DNA from: Polyangiales bacterium
GTDB taxonomy: Bacteria; Myxococcota_A; Polyangia; Polyangiales; Houyiibacteriaceae
Assembly (NCBI GenBank): GCA_045106895.1
Contig: JBGCFM010000203.1
Location: forward strand, 1 to 14,375
DNA: 14,375 bases
Reading direction: 5' to 3'
Below are positions 1 through 7,379 of this stretch, piece after piece. The first letter of the stretch is position 1. Each line of letters begins with the position of its first letter. Below the pieces are notes generated by a model. That model did no database searches and was not told where the DNA came from. It saw nothing but the letters and a program-made list of their open reading frames with translations. Position numbers and translations under genes: made by a program.

Positions 1-22
1 CCCGCGCTCTTTCGAGTGCGGG
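1..22 (-). terminator. GC-rich hairpin just downstream of the first FHA gene; possible terminator (any U-tract would lie outside the window)
   Basis: Minus strand reads CCCGCACTC-GAAA-GAGCGCGGG: 9-bp stem with one mismatch and a GNRA loop, 9 nt after the TGA at 32-34. Confidence 0.4.
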
Positions 23-31
23 CAGGAAAGC

Positions 32-1051
32 TCAGCAGTCGAGTCGGAAGAGTTGTTGCCCCATGAGGAGCAAGGACCCCTTGGTCACGTGTGCGTGGCC
101 ATCGACGCGAATGAAGGTGCCGTTGGAGCTTCCGACGTCCGTCAAAAATACTCGGCCGCCCTCGCTGTGGATACGGCAATGCAGCCCTGACACGTAGCCA
201 TCATCCGGGAAGATGACGTCGCCACGTTCGCGGCCCAAATGCATGCCGTCGGTCCCGATGGGGAAACAGTTTCCGAAGGACGTCCGGCCCGTGACGAGAC
301 GAATTCGTCCGAAGTATCCGGGGTTTTGGCTTCCCATCGTGACTGTTCCGTCAGGACCCGCCGGCGCCTCGCCGAAGGACTCGAACTGAAGGATCTCTTG
401 TCCGATTCGGAAAATAGACTCGTGGGTCAACTCCGTGGGTGTGTCGCGATCGATGCGAACGTACACACCATTGAGGCTCTCGAGGTCGGTCACCGTGGCG
501 GCGCCACCGGAAAGCACGAACTCCGCGTGTTTCGGCGATAGGTAGGAGTCGCTTGAGAAAGGCCCCTGAGACTCACGACCGATGGTCGTCGTCGCACCGA
601 GCGGGAACGAATCCCCCTCGCTTCCATCCGGACGAATCAGTGTCAGCGTGCCATCGGCGGCCCCAGGCGAGGCAGCGGGTGCTGCCGCGGGCGGAGCCGA
701 CGCAGCGGGTGCTGCCGCTGGCGGAGCCGATGCCGCCGGCGCTGCTGCGGGCGGAGCCGAAGCTGCGGGCGCAGCGGGAGCCGCCGTCATGTCATGACCG
801 CAAGAACCGCAGAACTTGAAGTTCGGCGGAACAGATGAACCACAGTTCGGGCAGTCGGACTTCTCCGGCGCTGGCGGAGCGGCCGCAGGAGCCGCAGCAG
901 CTGCAGGAGCAGCCACCTCGACGCCGGCGGGCGGCGTCGGAGCTGAGAAGCTCTTCGGCTGAGCCTGATCCCGTGGAAGTTCCGCCCCGCATCCGAGACA
1001 GAACTTGTAGTGGTCTTGATTTTCCTTGCTACAACGTGGGCAAACAATCAC
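32..1051 (-). CDS. Double zinc-ribbon + tandem FHA domain protein
   Basis: Four CxxC motifs (CPRC/CLGC, CPNC/CGSC) and Ala/Pro linkers. Two FHA domains with GR..SxxH..NG: IGRE/LSPKH/SLNGVY and LGRE/VSGLH/SSNGTF. GTG start with GGAG 8 nt upstream. Confidence 0.92.
   Translation of the reverse strand: MIVCPRCSKENQDHYKFCLGCGAELPRDQAQPKSFSAPTPPAGVEVAAPAAAAAPAAAPPAPEKSDCPNCGSSVPPNFKFCGSCGHDMTAAPAAPAASAPPAAAPAASAPPAAAPAASAPPAAAPAASPGAADGTLTLIRPDGSEGDSFPLGATTTIGRESQGPFSSDSYLSPKHAEFVLSGGAATVTDLESLNGVYVRIDRDTPTELTHESIFRIGQEILQFESFGEAPAGPDGTVTMGSQNPGYFGRIRLVTGRTSFGNCFPIGTDGMHLGRERGDVIFPDDGYVSGLHCRIHSEGGRVFLTDVGSSNGTFIRVDGHAHVTKGSLLLMGQQLFRLDC
671..770 (-). repeat. 30-bp intragenic tandem repeat encoding (APAASAPPAA)x3 plus a partial copy
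   Basis: Period-30 units at 671-700, 701-730 and 731-760, each ending GCGGAGCCGA on +; differences between units are synonymous. Confidence 0.9.
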
Positions 1052-1079
1052 CGAAATGGCTCCTATTCAGGCTGCCGGC

Positions 1080-1109
1080 AGCATATGGGTTTCTGGCGCG
1101 GGGGGTCAA
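1080..1109 (-). promoter_or_regulatory. Putative sigma70-type promoter for the first FHA gene
   Basis: Minus strand TTGACC-N18-TATGCT, upstream of the GGAG RBS and GTG start. Confidence 0.5.
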
Positions 1110-1181
1110 CTCCGTTGTTGTCCCGAGGGGCAGGTATTTTCCCACAAGGTAGCCTGGCGAGGCCTTGTAGCTGCAGGAAGG

Positions 1182-1190
1182 TGCTATTTT
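1182..1190 (+). promoter_or_regulatory. Putative extended -10 promoter for the kinase
   Basis: TG-C-TATTTT ending 16 nt before ATG 1207, followed by a purine-rich GAAGGGA possible RBS. Confidence 0.35.
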
Positions 1191-1206
1191 AGGCGAAGGG
1201 AATGAG

Positions 1207-2235
1207 ATGAACCAGCCGGGCCATGCTTCGTGTGCAGCGTGTGGGACTAGGAACATCGGAGGCGCCGGCCGCTGCGCGGGCTGTGGTTCAAAGGTGTCGC
1301 CGCGGGGGCAGCCAGCGGACCCCCTCGCGCTGGTCGGAAAGCAAGTGGGCAGCCATCGAGTGGCCGCCCTCCTGGGAAAAGGCTCGATGGCGTGTGTGTA
1401 TTCCATCGAGCACCCGGCGAAGAGGCTCGCGATGAAGGTTCTTCACCCCCACATCGCTTCAGACCCCCTTCGCGTGAAACGTTTCCAGCGCGAAGCCCAA
1501 GCCGCTTTTCGTCTCGACCATCCAGCGATAGTGCAGCTCTGCGAGTTTGGACGAGACGAGACTCATGGACCTTTTATCGTGATGGAGGAGCTCCGCGGTG
1601 AGAATCTGGTGGAACGCACATCGCGGGCGCCGCTGAACGCAACGCAGACAATCCAGGTCTTCGAGCAGATTTTGTCGGCCCTCGCCCACGCCCACGAAAA
1701 CGGCATCGTCCATCGAGACCTCAAAGCGGAGAATGTCGTCGTTCACGAGGGCGAGGATGGCCTTGTCGCGAAGGTCTGTGACTTCGGCATGGTCAAGATG
1801 CTGCACGAGGAGGGCACCGCGATCACCGCCGAGGGTCTCGTCTGCGGCACCCCTGAGTACATGTCGCCGGAGCAAGCGCGCGGCGAGGAACTCGACGGCC
1901 GAGCCGACATCTACGCCCTTGGCTGTCTGCTCTTTCTGGTTCTCACCGGCCGCCTGCCTTTCCGAGGGACGAGCGCCGTAGACACCCTCGGCCAACAGCT
2001 GGTTCGGCCAATCCCCTCCCCGCGCAAGACCTGTCCAGAGCGACGGATACCCCTCCATCTCGACAGAGCCGCGCGCACCGCCATGGCCAAAGCGGCGAGC
2101 GAGCGTTTCCAAAGTGCGAGTGAGATGAGGGACGCGATTCTGACCCAGGCCCCAAACGAAAGAAAGCAGCACGGACGGTTCGTCGTCGTGCTGCTTCTTG
2201 CCCTTGCGGGAATAGCTTGGGCGCTCACGCGCTAG
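1207..2235 (+). CDS. Hanks-type Ser/Thr protein kinase with N-terminal zinc ribbon and C-terminal transmembrane anchor
   Basis: LGKGSMACVY Gly loop, AMK lysine, RFQREA alphaC Glu, HRDLKAEN, DFG, GTPEYMSPEQ, DIYALG. N-terminal CAAC..CAGC; C-terminal FVVVLLLALAGIAWAL. Confidence 0.96.
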   Translation: MNQPGHASCAACGTRNIGGAGRCAGCGSKVSPRGQPADPLALVGKQVGSHRVAALLGKGSMACVYSIEHPAKRLAMKVLHPHIASDPLRVKRFQREAQAAFRLDHPAIVQLCEFGRDETHGPFIVMEELRGENLVERTSRAPLNATQTIQVFEQILSALAHAHENGIVHRDLKAENVVVHEGEDGLVAKVCDFGMVKMLHEEGTAITAEGLVCGTPEYMSPEQARGEELDGRADIYALGCLLFLVLTGRLPFRGTSAVDTLGQQLVRPIPSPRKTCPERRIPLHLDRAARTAMAKAASERFQSASEMRDAILTQAPNERKQHGRFVVVLLLALAGIAWALTR

Positions 2236-2268
2236 TGTCCTGAGGACTCAGGGCACTAGGTGAGACGC
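2221..2268. terminator. Long hairpin at the convergent junction between the kinase and the second FHA gene
   Basis: CTAGTGTCCTGA-GGAC-TCAGGGCACTAG (2232-2259; 12-bp stem with one G-U on +), extendable by CTCAC/GTGAG. No U-tract on either side. Confidence 0.5.
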
Positions 2269-3170
2269 TAGGAAGTCATCTCGACGCGGAGCAACTGGTG
2301 ACCGAGGAAGAGGTAGTCGCCATGCTGCAGCTCCTGTTCGCCTTCGATGCGAACGTAGGTGCCGTTGCGTGAGTCTTCGTCGGTGAGGACAAAGCCGCCA
2401 TCTTTGTGCTCTACGCGAGCGTGGTTGCCGGACATGAACTGATCTTCGGGGAAGTTGAGATCGACTTCTTCACGTCCGATTCGAGCGGCGTCTTCCCGAG
2501 CGCAGAACACCATGCCGTCGATGCCGCCCTCGATCACCTGTGTGATACGGAACGCAGCAGGCCGCTTCGGTGACGAGTAGAAGTAAGTCTGATCGGGGCC
2601 CGGGCCCGACGAGTCCGCGGGCTGCGCGTCGACACGGAAGATCTCTTCGCCGCAGAGGAAGTGCGTGCCTGGTTTGACCGGCGTGGAGCCGCGAACGCGA
2701 AGGTACACGCCGTTGGCGCTTCCTTCATCGCGGACCGAGAGCTTGGTGTCGCGGAACAAGAAGTTCGCGTGCCGAGGGCTGAGCCAGTTGTCCTCGGGGA
2801 AGAGAATCTGCCCATCGCTTCGGCCAGCCACATGTTCATGGGCTTTGAGGTGATAGCTGAGGCCTTCGGTGCCCTCGCCACCGCGGACGAGGATCAAACG
2901 GGCGTTGCCCGGCGCTTGGAGTTCACCGAAGTAGTTAATCTGAGACTCTTTGACGACCTCGGGCACCTGTTCGCCGCACGTGCCGCAAAACTTGTGGCCC
3001 ATCGGTACGGGGCTCGAGCAACTCTTGCAGACATAATTGCGCGCTTGATCCATTTCATCCTCCTGGGTGGCTGCTCGAATGAGCTCGCGGCCACAGATCA
3101 CACATCGGGGCGCCCCTAGCGGAGACAGCGCTTCACACTGCCCGCAGACGATCCCGACGTACTCTTCCAT
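2268..3170 (-). CDS. Double zinc-ribbon + tandem FHA domain protein (paralog of 32..1051)
   Basis: CGQC/CVIC and CKSC/CGTC motifs. FHA motifs AGRS/LSPRH/SANGVY and IGRE/MSGNH/SRNGTY. I prefer ATG 3170 over TTG 3185 as the start, but this is uncertain. Confidence 0.9.
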   Translation of the reverse strand: MEEYVGIVCGQCEALSPLGAPRCVICGRELIRAATQEDEMDQARNYVCKSCSSPVPMGHKFCGTCGEQVPEVVKESQINYFGELQAPGNARLILVRGGEGTEGLSYHLKAHEHVAGRSDGQILFPEDNWLSPRHANFLFRDTKLSVRDEGSANGVYLRVRGSTPVKPGTHFLCGEEIFRVDAQPADSSGPGPDQTYFYSSPKRPAAFRITQVIEGGIDGMVFCAREDAARIGREEVDLNFPEDQFMSGNHARVEHKDGGFVLTDEDSRNGTYVRIEGEQELQHGDYLFLGHQLLRVEMTS

Positions 3171-3195
3171 TAACGGCGATTCCAAGTCCCTTGTC

Positions 3196-3225
3196 TTTGT
3201 AGGGCAGCGACGCGGTGAAGGTCAA
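3196..3225 (-). promoter_or_regulatory. Putative internal promoter for the second FHA gene
   Basis: Minus strand TTGACC-N18-TACAAA: same -35 hexamer and spacing as upstream of the paralog, but a weak -10. Confidence 0.35.
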
Positions 3226-3234
3226 TTCTTCGTT

Positions 3235-6200
3235 TCATTCCGTCGCCAGAGCAGCGGCGGCGGCGGCGCGCACAATCGGCTCAGAATCCCCGTTTTGGGC
3301 TCTTTGCAGGGCTTCTCGGGCTTCTGGGTGCCCAGCGAGGGCTTCTGCGGCCGCTTGTCGAACGTAGGCGTAAGTGTCGTTTTCGAGGGCGATGATCAGC
3401 GGCGGGGCGTGATCGAGCGCTCCCAGAGCGCGCGCTGCCTCCAAACGCACAGACCAATCTTCGCTCTGAAGCAGCTCCGTGACTTGGCCCGCCGCAACGG
3501 TGGCTCGAATCCGGCCGACCGAACGAAGGGCGGCGCGAGCGACGGCAGACTCCGGATCTTGGAGCAAGATCGTCAAGGCGCCTTCAACGCCGTCTCCAGA
3601 GAGCGTTCCCAGTATTCGGGCGACACGTTCTCGAACCTCCAAGTTCGGGTGGTCGTGCAGCGCAGCGATGTCGTCAGACCACGCCGGGACCACTTCCGCA
3701 AAGAGCGCGGGTGAGAACGCACCCACATCAAGCCGACCGTCTTCGCCGATGCGCGCGAGGACGGCGCTCACACGCTCGATCGGACCCCGGAGGGCCGCTC
3801 GCCCCGAAGCCCGGAGCGCCGGGGCGAGCTCCGCGTCGGTGCCGGCGCCGTGCCCGCCGCTCTGGGCCAATAGCGCAGACACCGTTCGCTCAACATTCGC
3901 GTCGGGCCGGCCCGGGAGCACGTCGTCACGCCACTCACTCCGCAGCGCGCGTCCCGCCGCCGCACGCACCGATTCGTCGGCGGCGAAGAGCGCTTCCGTC
4001 AACGCCGTGCGCGATTCTTCCACGCCGATCCCGCGTTGAATGAAGCGGCCGAGCGCGATGGCCGCAGCGTTTGCTGGCACGGGGGCGGTTCGCCGAAGGT
4101 GTTCGCGAAGAATCGACACATGACGCGACTCGCCGACGCGGCCGAGTGTCCAGAGCGCCGCAGCGAGGGGCGCGGGATGACGCGCAAAGGTCACGATAGC
4201 CCCGTCTGCCTGCTCGGAGTAGCGTCCTCCCTCGGCGCCCAGCCCGATGAGGGCGTAGGTACGAACGGCCATGTTGCCGCTCGTCGCTAGCACCTCGAGC
4301 TGAGCGAGGGCGCGACGGCCACCTACCCGAGCGAGAGCCCAGGTCGCGAGGGGCTGGAGCCGTTGTTCAGGGGACGCGCTCAGCGCGATGAGGCGCGGCA
4401 CCAGTCGCTCGTCAGCGAGGGCCGTGGCGCCCGCGAGAGCGCGAAGTCGAAGCGCCGTCGGGGCATCGGACTCGGCGATGGCTAAGAGAGGCCCCGCGGC
4501 GTTGGCGTTACCGAGATGACCGAGCACTTCGATGGCCACGCTGTTCTGCGCGGGGTCGGGGTCCGCGAGGGCTTCCAGTAGAGGCTTGATGGCACGTACG
4601 CCAAGTCGGTGGAGCTCCGTCCGCGCGCCGTTCGCCAAATCTCCTGGATTGTAAGTCGCCTGGATGAGAGGAGCGGTGAGGGAGTCGTAGAGTTCGACGG
4701 CGAGCTTGCGAAAAATCGGGCGACGCGCGTGCGCCAGCGCGAGGGGCAAGAGCGTTTGCTCCAGCTCATCGAGCGTCTGGTCTCCTAGGTGAAGCTGGAT
4801 CGCGGCGCGCCCGGCACGCGCAACGAGGTCATCATCCGGGGAGAGGCGAAGCACTTCTCGGTACAAACGGGCGGCTCCTGCCCCATCTCCCTTCGCGATG
4901 AGAATTTCCGCGAGGTCGAAGTAGGTAGGAAAAAGCCGCTCGTTGATCTCAATCGCGCGTCGGTAGCTCGTGATGGCGCTCTCGACGTCCTGGCGAGCGC
5001 GATGAAGATCGCCCAGTCGCCGGTGTCCCTCGGCGTCATCCGGCGAACGGCTTACGGCCTCCGCCGCGAGACGGACCGCATCGCCATCGCGATAGAGCGC
5101 ATGGGCGTGTTCCGCCATCGTCTGCAGGTAGCGCGTCGCGCGCCGAGGGTCCGCTTCGACGAGCCGTTCAAGGACCGCCATGGCGCCCTCAAGGTCACCG
5201 CGTGCAGTCTTTACGCGCTCAAGCGCCAGGAGACTCTCGATGTCGCCGGGCTCCAGCTCGGTGATGCGAGCGAGGACACGCTCCGCCGCCTCGGCGTTCC
5301 GGGGCCGTTGCCGCAGGTGAGCTTCGGCCAGGAAACGCCCGGCCTCGGTGTCCGGCGGGTCTCCGGCGAGGGCCCGCTGCCACTCGCGGATTCTTGTAGG
5401 AAGCTCGCGACGGCGGGCCCAGATGCTCACGACACGCTGGCGAGCCTCACGCCGAATGGCACGCTCGGTTGCCATCGAGAGCACCGCTTGCCATTGGCCG
5501 ACGGCTTCCACGTCGCGGCGTTGTCGGTCCGCCGCCGACTCGACGCGGCGCGGTCGCTCAAGCACGCTAGCGAGGCCCCGAACGTACTCGACGTCATCGC
5601 CTCGCATCCGCACGGCGTGTCGGTAGTGCTCTTCGGCTTCGTCGAGGTAGTCGTGGTCCGCGAGGATCGAAGCGAGGGCCGCATGGCCGCCCGCGCGGTC
5701 GCGTTCGGCGTTCAGAAGACGACGCCACGTGGCGAGGGCAGCGCTCTCATCCCCAGCATCGAGCTGCTGCTCTCCGAGGGCAATAAGGTGCCCAGGGTCC
5801 CTCGGATCGATGCGGACGAGGGCGGCGACCTCGCGCGCGGCAAGCTCGTCTTCGCCCCAGCGTGTGTAGAGTTCAGCGAGGGCTTGGTGCACGGCGGTGT
5901 CGCGACTCGCTCGCGCACTTGCCCTGGCCGCCAGGCGCAAGGCTTCATCGCGGCGCCCAACCTGCATCAGCAGCGTCGCCAGTTCGACGACGAAGCGTGG
6001 CTCGCGCGGCGATGCAGCCACCAGCGTTCGATACTCAGCAATGACATCGTCGATTCGGCCAGAACGGCTCAAAAGCTGAATGACACGCACACGAGTATCG
6101 ATGTCTCGACGATTCGCGCGAAGCGCCGCGCGGTAGGCCACGAGGGCCTCCTCTTCATTGCCCAGCTCGTCATGGATTCGCCCGCGCAGCTCAATGGCGC

Positions 6201-7215
6201 CGGGGTCGCGTTCATTTGAGAGAATCTCAGCGAGCTCAGCAAGGCGGTCACTCCGGCGATAGACTTCGACCATCACATCGTAGATCTCTCGCCGAATACC
6301 AGCCCCTCGGCCCGCCAGTCGAAGCGCGCGCTGGAGCGAAGCGATGGCCGCGGCGGAGTCACCGCTCTCCATCTGAGAGACGGCAAGGTCCTTGAGGACT
6401 GGTGCGAGCACACGGTTGTCGCCGCGTAGGCGCCCGATCACTCGCTGATACTCAGTCACGGCGCGTGCATGTTGGCCCACGCCGGACAGCGCTCGAGCGT
6501 ATTCGGTCATCATGTAGATGCTGCCCGCGGAGCTACCGGCGTAGCGCTGATAGTAGGCCGCAGCGCCGTCAAAGTCGCTGGCGTTGAGCGCAAGACCTCC
6601 TAGGTCGCGGAGCAACTCACGGCGCTCCGTGTCGCCTTGAGTTCGCTCGAGGGCACGTTCGAAGTACTGCCGGGCGGCGGCAGGTTCATCGTTTTGTACG
6701 AGACGACCGACGGCCAAAAGTGGGGCTGGTTCGTCCGGTCGCAAGGCTGCAGCCGCGTCGTACATCTGCCGTGCACCGGCCACGTTTGTCTGACTCTTGT
6801 AAACGTGGCCCAGCAGCATCCGCTCGGCATACGCGGACTCGTTCCCGGCGACGCCCGCTTCAAGTTCGCGGACGAAGGCGTCTACGTTCCCGTCGCGTTC
6901 GCGGTACAGGTCGAGTAGCCGTTGAAACGCAAACGTCTCCCGCGGGTCACGTTCGAGGATCGTTCGATAGCGCCGAATGAGAACGGCGGTTCGACCCCCT
7001 GCAGCAGGCTCGCCGCCCTCGCCTTCGCGCATCGATGTGTTCATCGACGTACGCATTCCCGTACGCATGCCGGTGCGCATGCCCGTTCGCATGCTCATCC
7101 CGGTTCGCATGCTCGGGCGCATGTCCATCCGGGTGAGGCCCCAGTCCTGGGCCTCGACAGAACGAGGACCCAGGCAGAAGACACTTAGAGCAATGATTGA
7201 ACCCAGCAGTCTCAC
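3235..7215 (-). CDS. Large exported TPR-repeat / HEAT-repeat (PBS-lyase-like) alpha-solenoid protein
   Basis: Signal peptide ending VEA|Q. Many TPR-like units (e.g. AEGHRRLGDLHRARQDVESAITSYRRAIEINER). C-terminal HEAT-like units (ELLQSEDWSVRLEAARALGAL, ALENDTYAYVRQAAAEALA). Confidence 0.88.
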   Translation of the reverse strand: MRLLGSIIALSVFCLGPRSVEAQDWGLTRMDMRPSMRTGMSMRTGMRTGMRTGMRTSMNTSMREGEGGEPAAGGRTAVLIRRYRTILERDPRETFAFQRLLDLYRERDGNVDAFVRELEAGVAGNESAYAERMLLGHVYKSQTNVAGARQMYDAAAALRPDEPAPLLAVGRLVQNDEPAAARQYFERALERTQGDTERRELLRDLGGLALNASDFDGAAAYYQRYAGSSAGSIYMMTEYARALSGVGQHARAVTEYQRVIGRLRGDNRVLAPVLKDLAVSQMESGDSAAAIASLQRALRLAGRGAGIRREIYDVMVEVYRRSDRLAELAEILSNERDPGAIELRGRIHDELGNEEEALVAYRAALRANRRDIDTRVRVIQLLSRSGRIDDVIAEYRTLVAASPREPRFVVELATLLMQVGRRDEALRLAARASARASRDTAVHQALAELYTRWGEDELAAREVAALVRIDPRDPGHLIALGEQQLDAGDESAALATWRRLLNAERDRAGGHAALASILADHDYLDEAEEHYRHAVRMRGDDVEYVRGLASVLERPRRVESAADRQRRDVEAVGQWQAVLSMATERAIRREARQRVVSIWARRRELPTRIREWQRALAGDPPDTEAGRFLAEAHLRQRPRNAEAAERVLARITELEPGDIESLLALERVKTARGDLEGAMAVLERLVEADPRRATRYLQTMAEHAHALYRDGDAVRLAAEAVSRSPDDAEGHRRLGDLHRARQDVESAITSYRRAIEINERLFPTYFDLAEILIAKGDGAGAARLYREVLRLSPDDDLVARAGRAAIQLHLGDQTLDELEQTLLPLALAHARRPIFRKLAVELYDSLTAPLIQATYNPGDLANGARTELHRLGVRAIKPLLEALADPDPAQNSVAIEVLGHLGNANAAGPLLAIAESDAPTALRLRALAGATALADERLVPRLIALSASPEQRLQPLATWALARVGGRRALAQLEVLATSGNMAVRTYALIGLGAEGGRYSEQADGAIVTFARHPAPLAAALWTLGRVGESRHVSILREHLRRTAPVPANAAAIALGRFIQRGIGVEESRTALTEALFAADESVRAAAGRALRSEWRDDVLPGRPDANVERTVSALLAQSGGHGAGTDAELAPALRASGRAALRGPIERVSAVLARIGEDGRLDVGAFSPALFAEVVPAWSDDIAALHDHPNLEVRERVARILGTLSGDGVEGALTILLQDPESAVARAALRSVGRIRATVAAGQVTELLQSEDWSVRLEAARALGALDHAPPLIIALENDTYAYVRQAAAEALAGHPEAREALQRAQNGDSEPIVRAAAAAALATE
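7027..7128 (-). repeat. Met-rich tetrapeptide repeat (MRTG-like) immediately after the signal peptide
   Basis: MDMRPSMRTGMSMRTGMRTGMRTGMRTSMNTSMR: 10 Met in residues 30-62, encoded by degenerate 12-nt DNA units. Confidence 0.9.
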
Positions 7216-7222
7216 GGGAGGA

Positions 7223-7231
7223 AGGATAGCA
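7223..7231 (-). promoter_or_regulatory. Putative extended -10 element for a leaderless TPR/HEAT transcript
   Basis: Minus strand TG-C-TATCCT, then 7 nt (TCCTCCC), then the GTG start; no Shine-Dalgarno. Confidence 0.5.
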
Positions 7232-7274
7232 GGTAACCCAGGTCTCGTTCGCGAACGCGTTTAGAGGCCAGTGA

Positions 7275-7379
7275 CTAGCGTCCGCGACGTCGCCACAACA
7301 TCCCGAGAACGAGGAAGATTCCCGCGAAGAGGGGGGTGTCCGTGGATCCTTCACCAATGCGACAGTTGCAGCCCCCACC
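7275..7379 (-). other. MYXO-CTERM protein-sorting signal
   Basis: GGGCNCRIGEGSTDTPLFAGIFLVLGMLWRRRGR: GGC motif, transmembrane helix and terminal Arg cluster. Confidence 0.85.

Noticed and set aside
1154..1170. Possible sigma54 promoter (TGGCGA...TTGT)
   Set aside because: Spacing is one base short and the -12 GC dinucleotide is absent.
1202..1210. Mini-ORF ATG-AGA-TGA overlapping the kinase start
   Set aside because: The purine-rich RBS candidate is spaced correctly for ATG 1207, not 1202; likely chance.
4789..6219. 476-aa + strand ORF
   Set aside because: Antisense shadow of the TPR/HEAT gene, as expected from GC-rich codon bias; no recognisable motifs.
671..7128. CRISPR-like interpretation of the short tandem repeats at 671-770 and 7027-7128
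   Set aside because: The repeats are in-frame, contiguous and lack unique spacers; no cas genes are present.
3235..7215. Assignment to a named gliding-motility TPR gene (agl/glt/agm)
   Set aside because: Only generic TPR/HEAT similarity is visible, and there are no TonB/TolQR or OmpA-like neighbours in the window.
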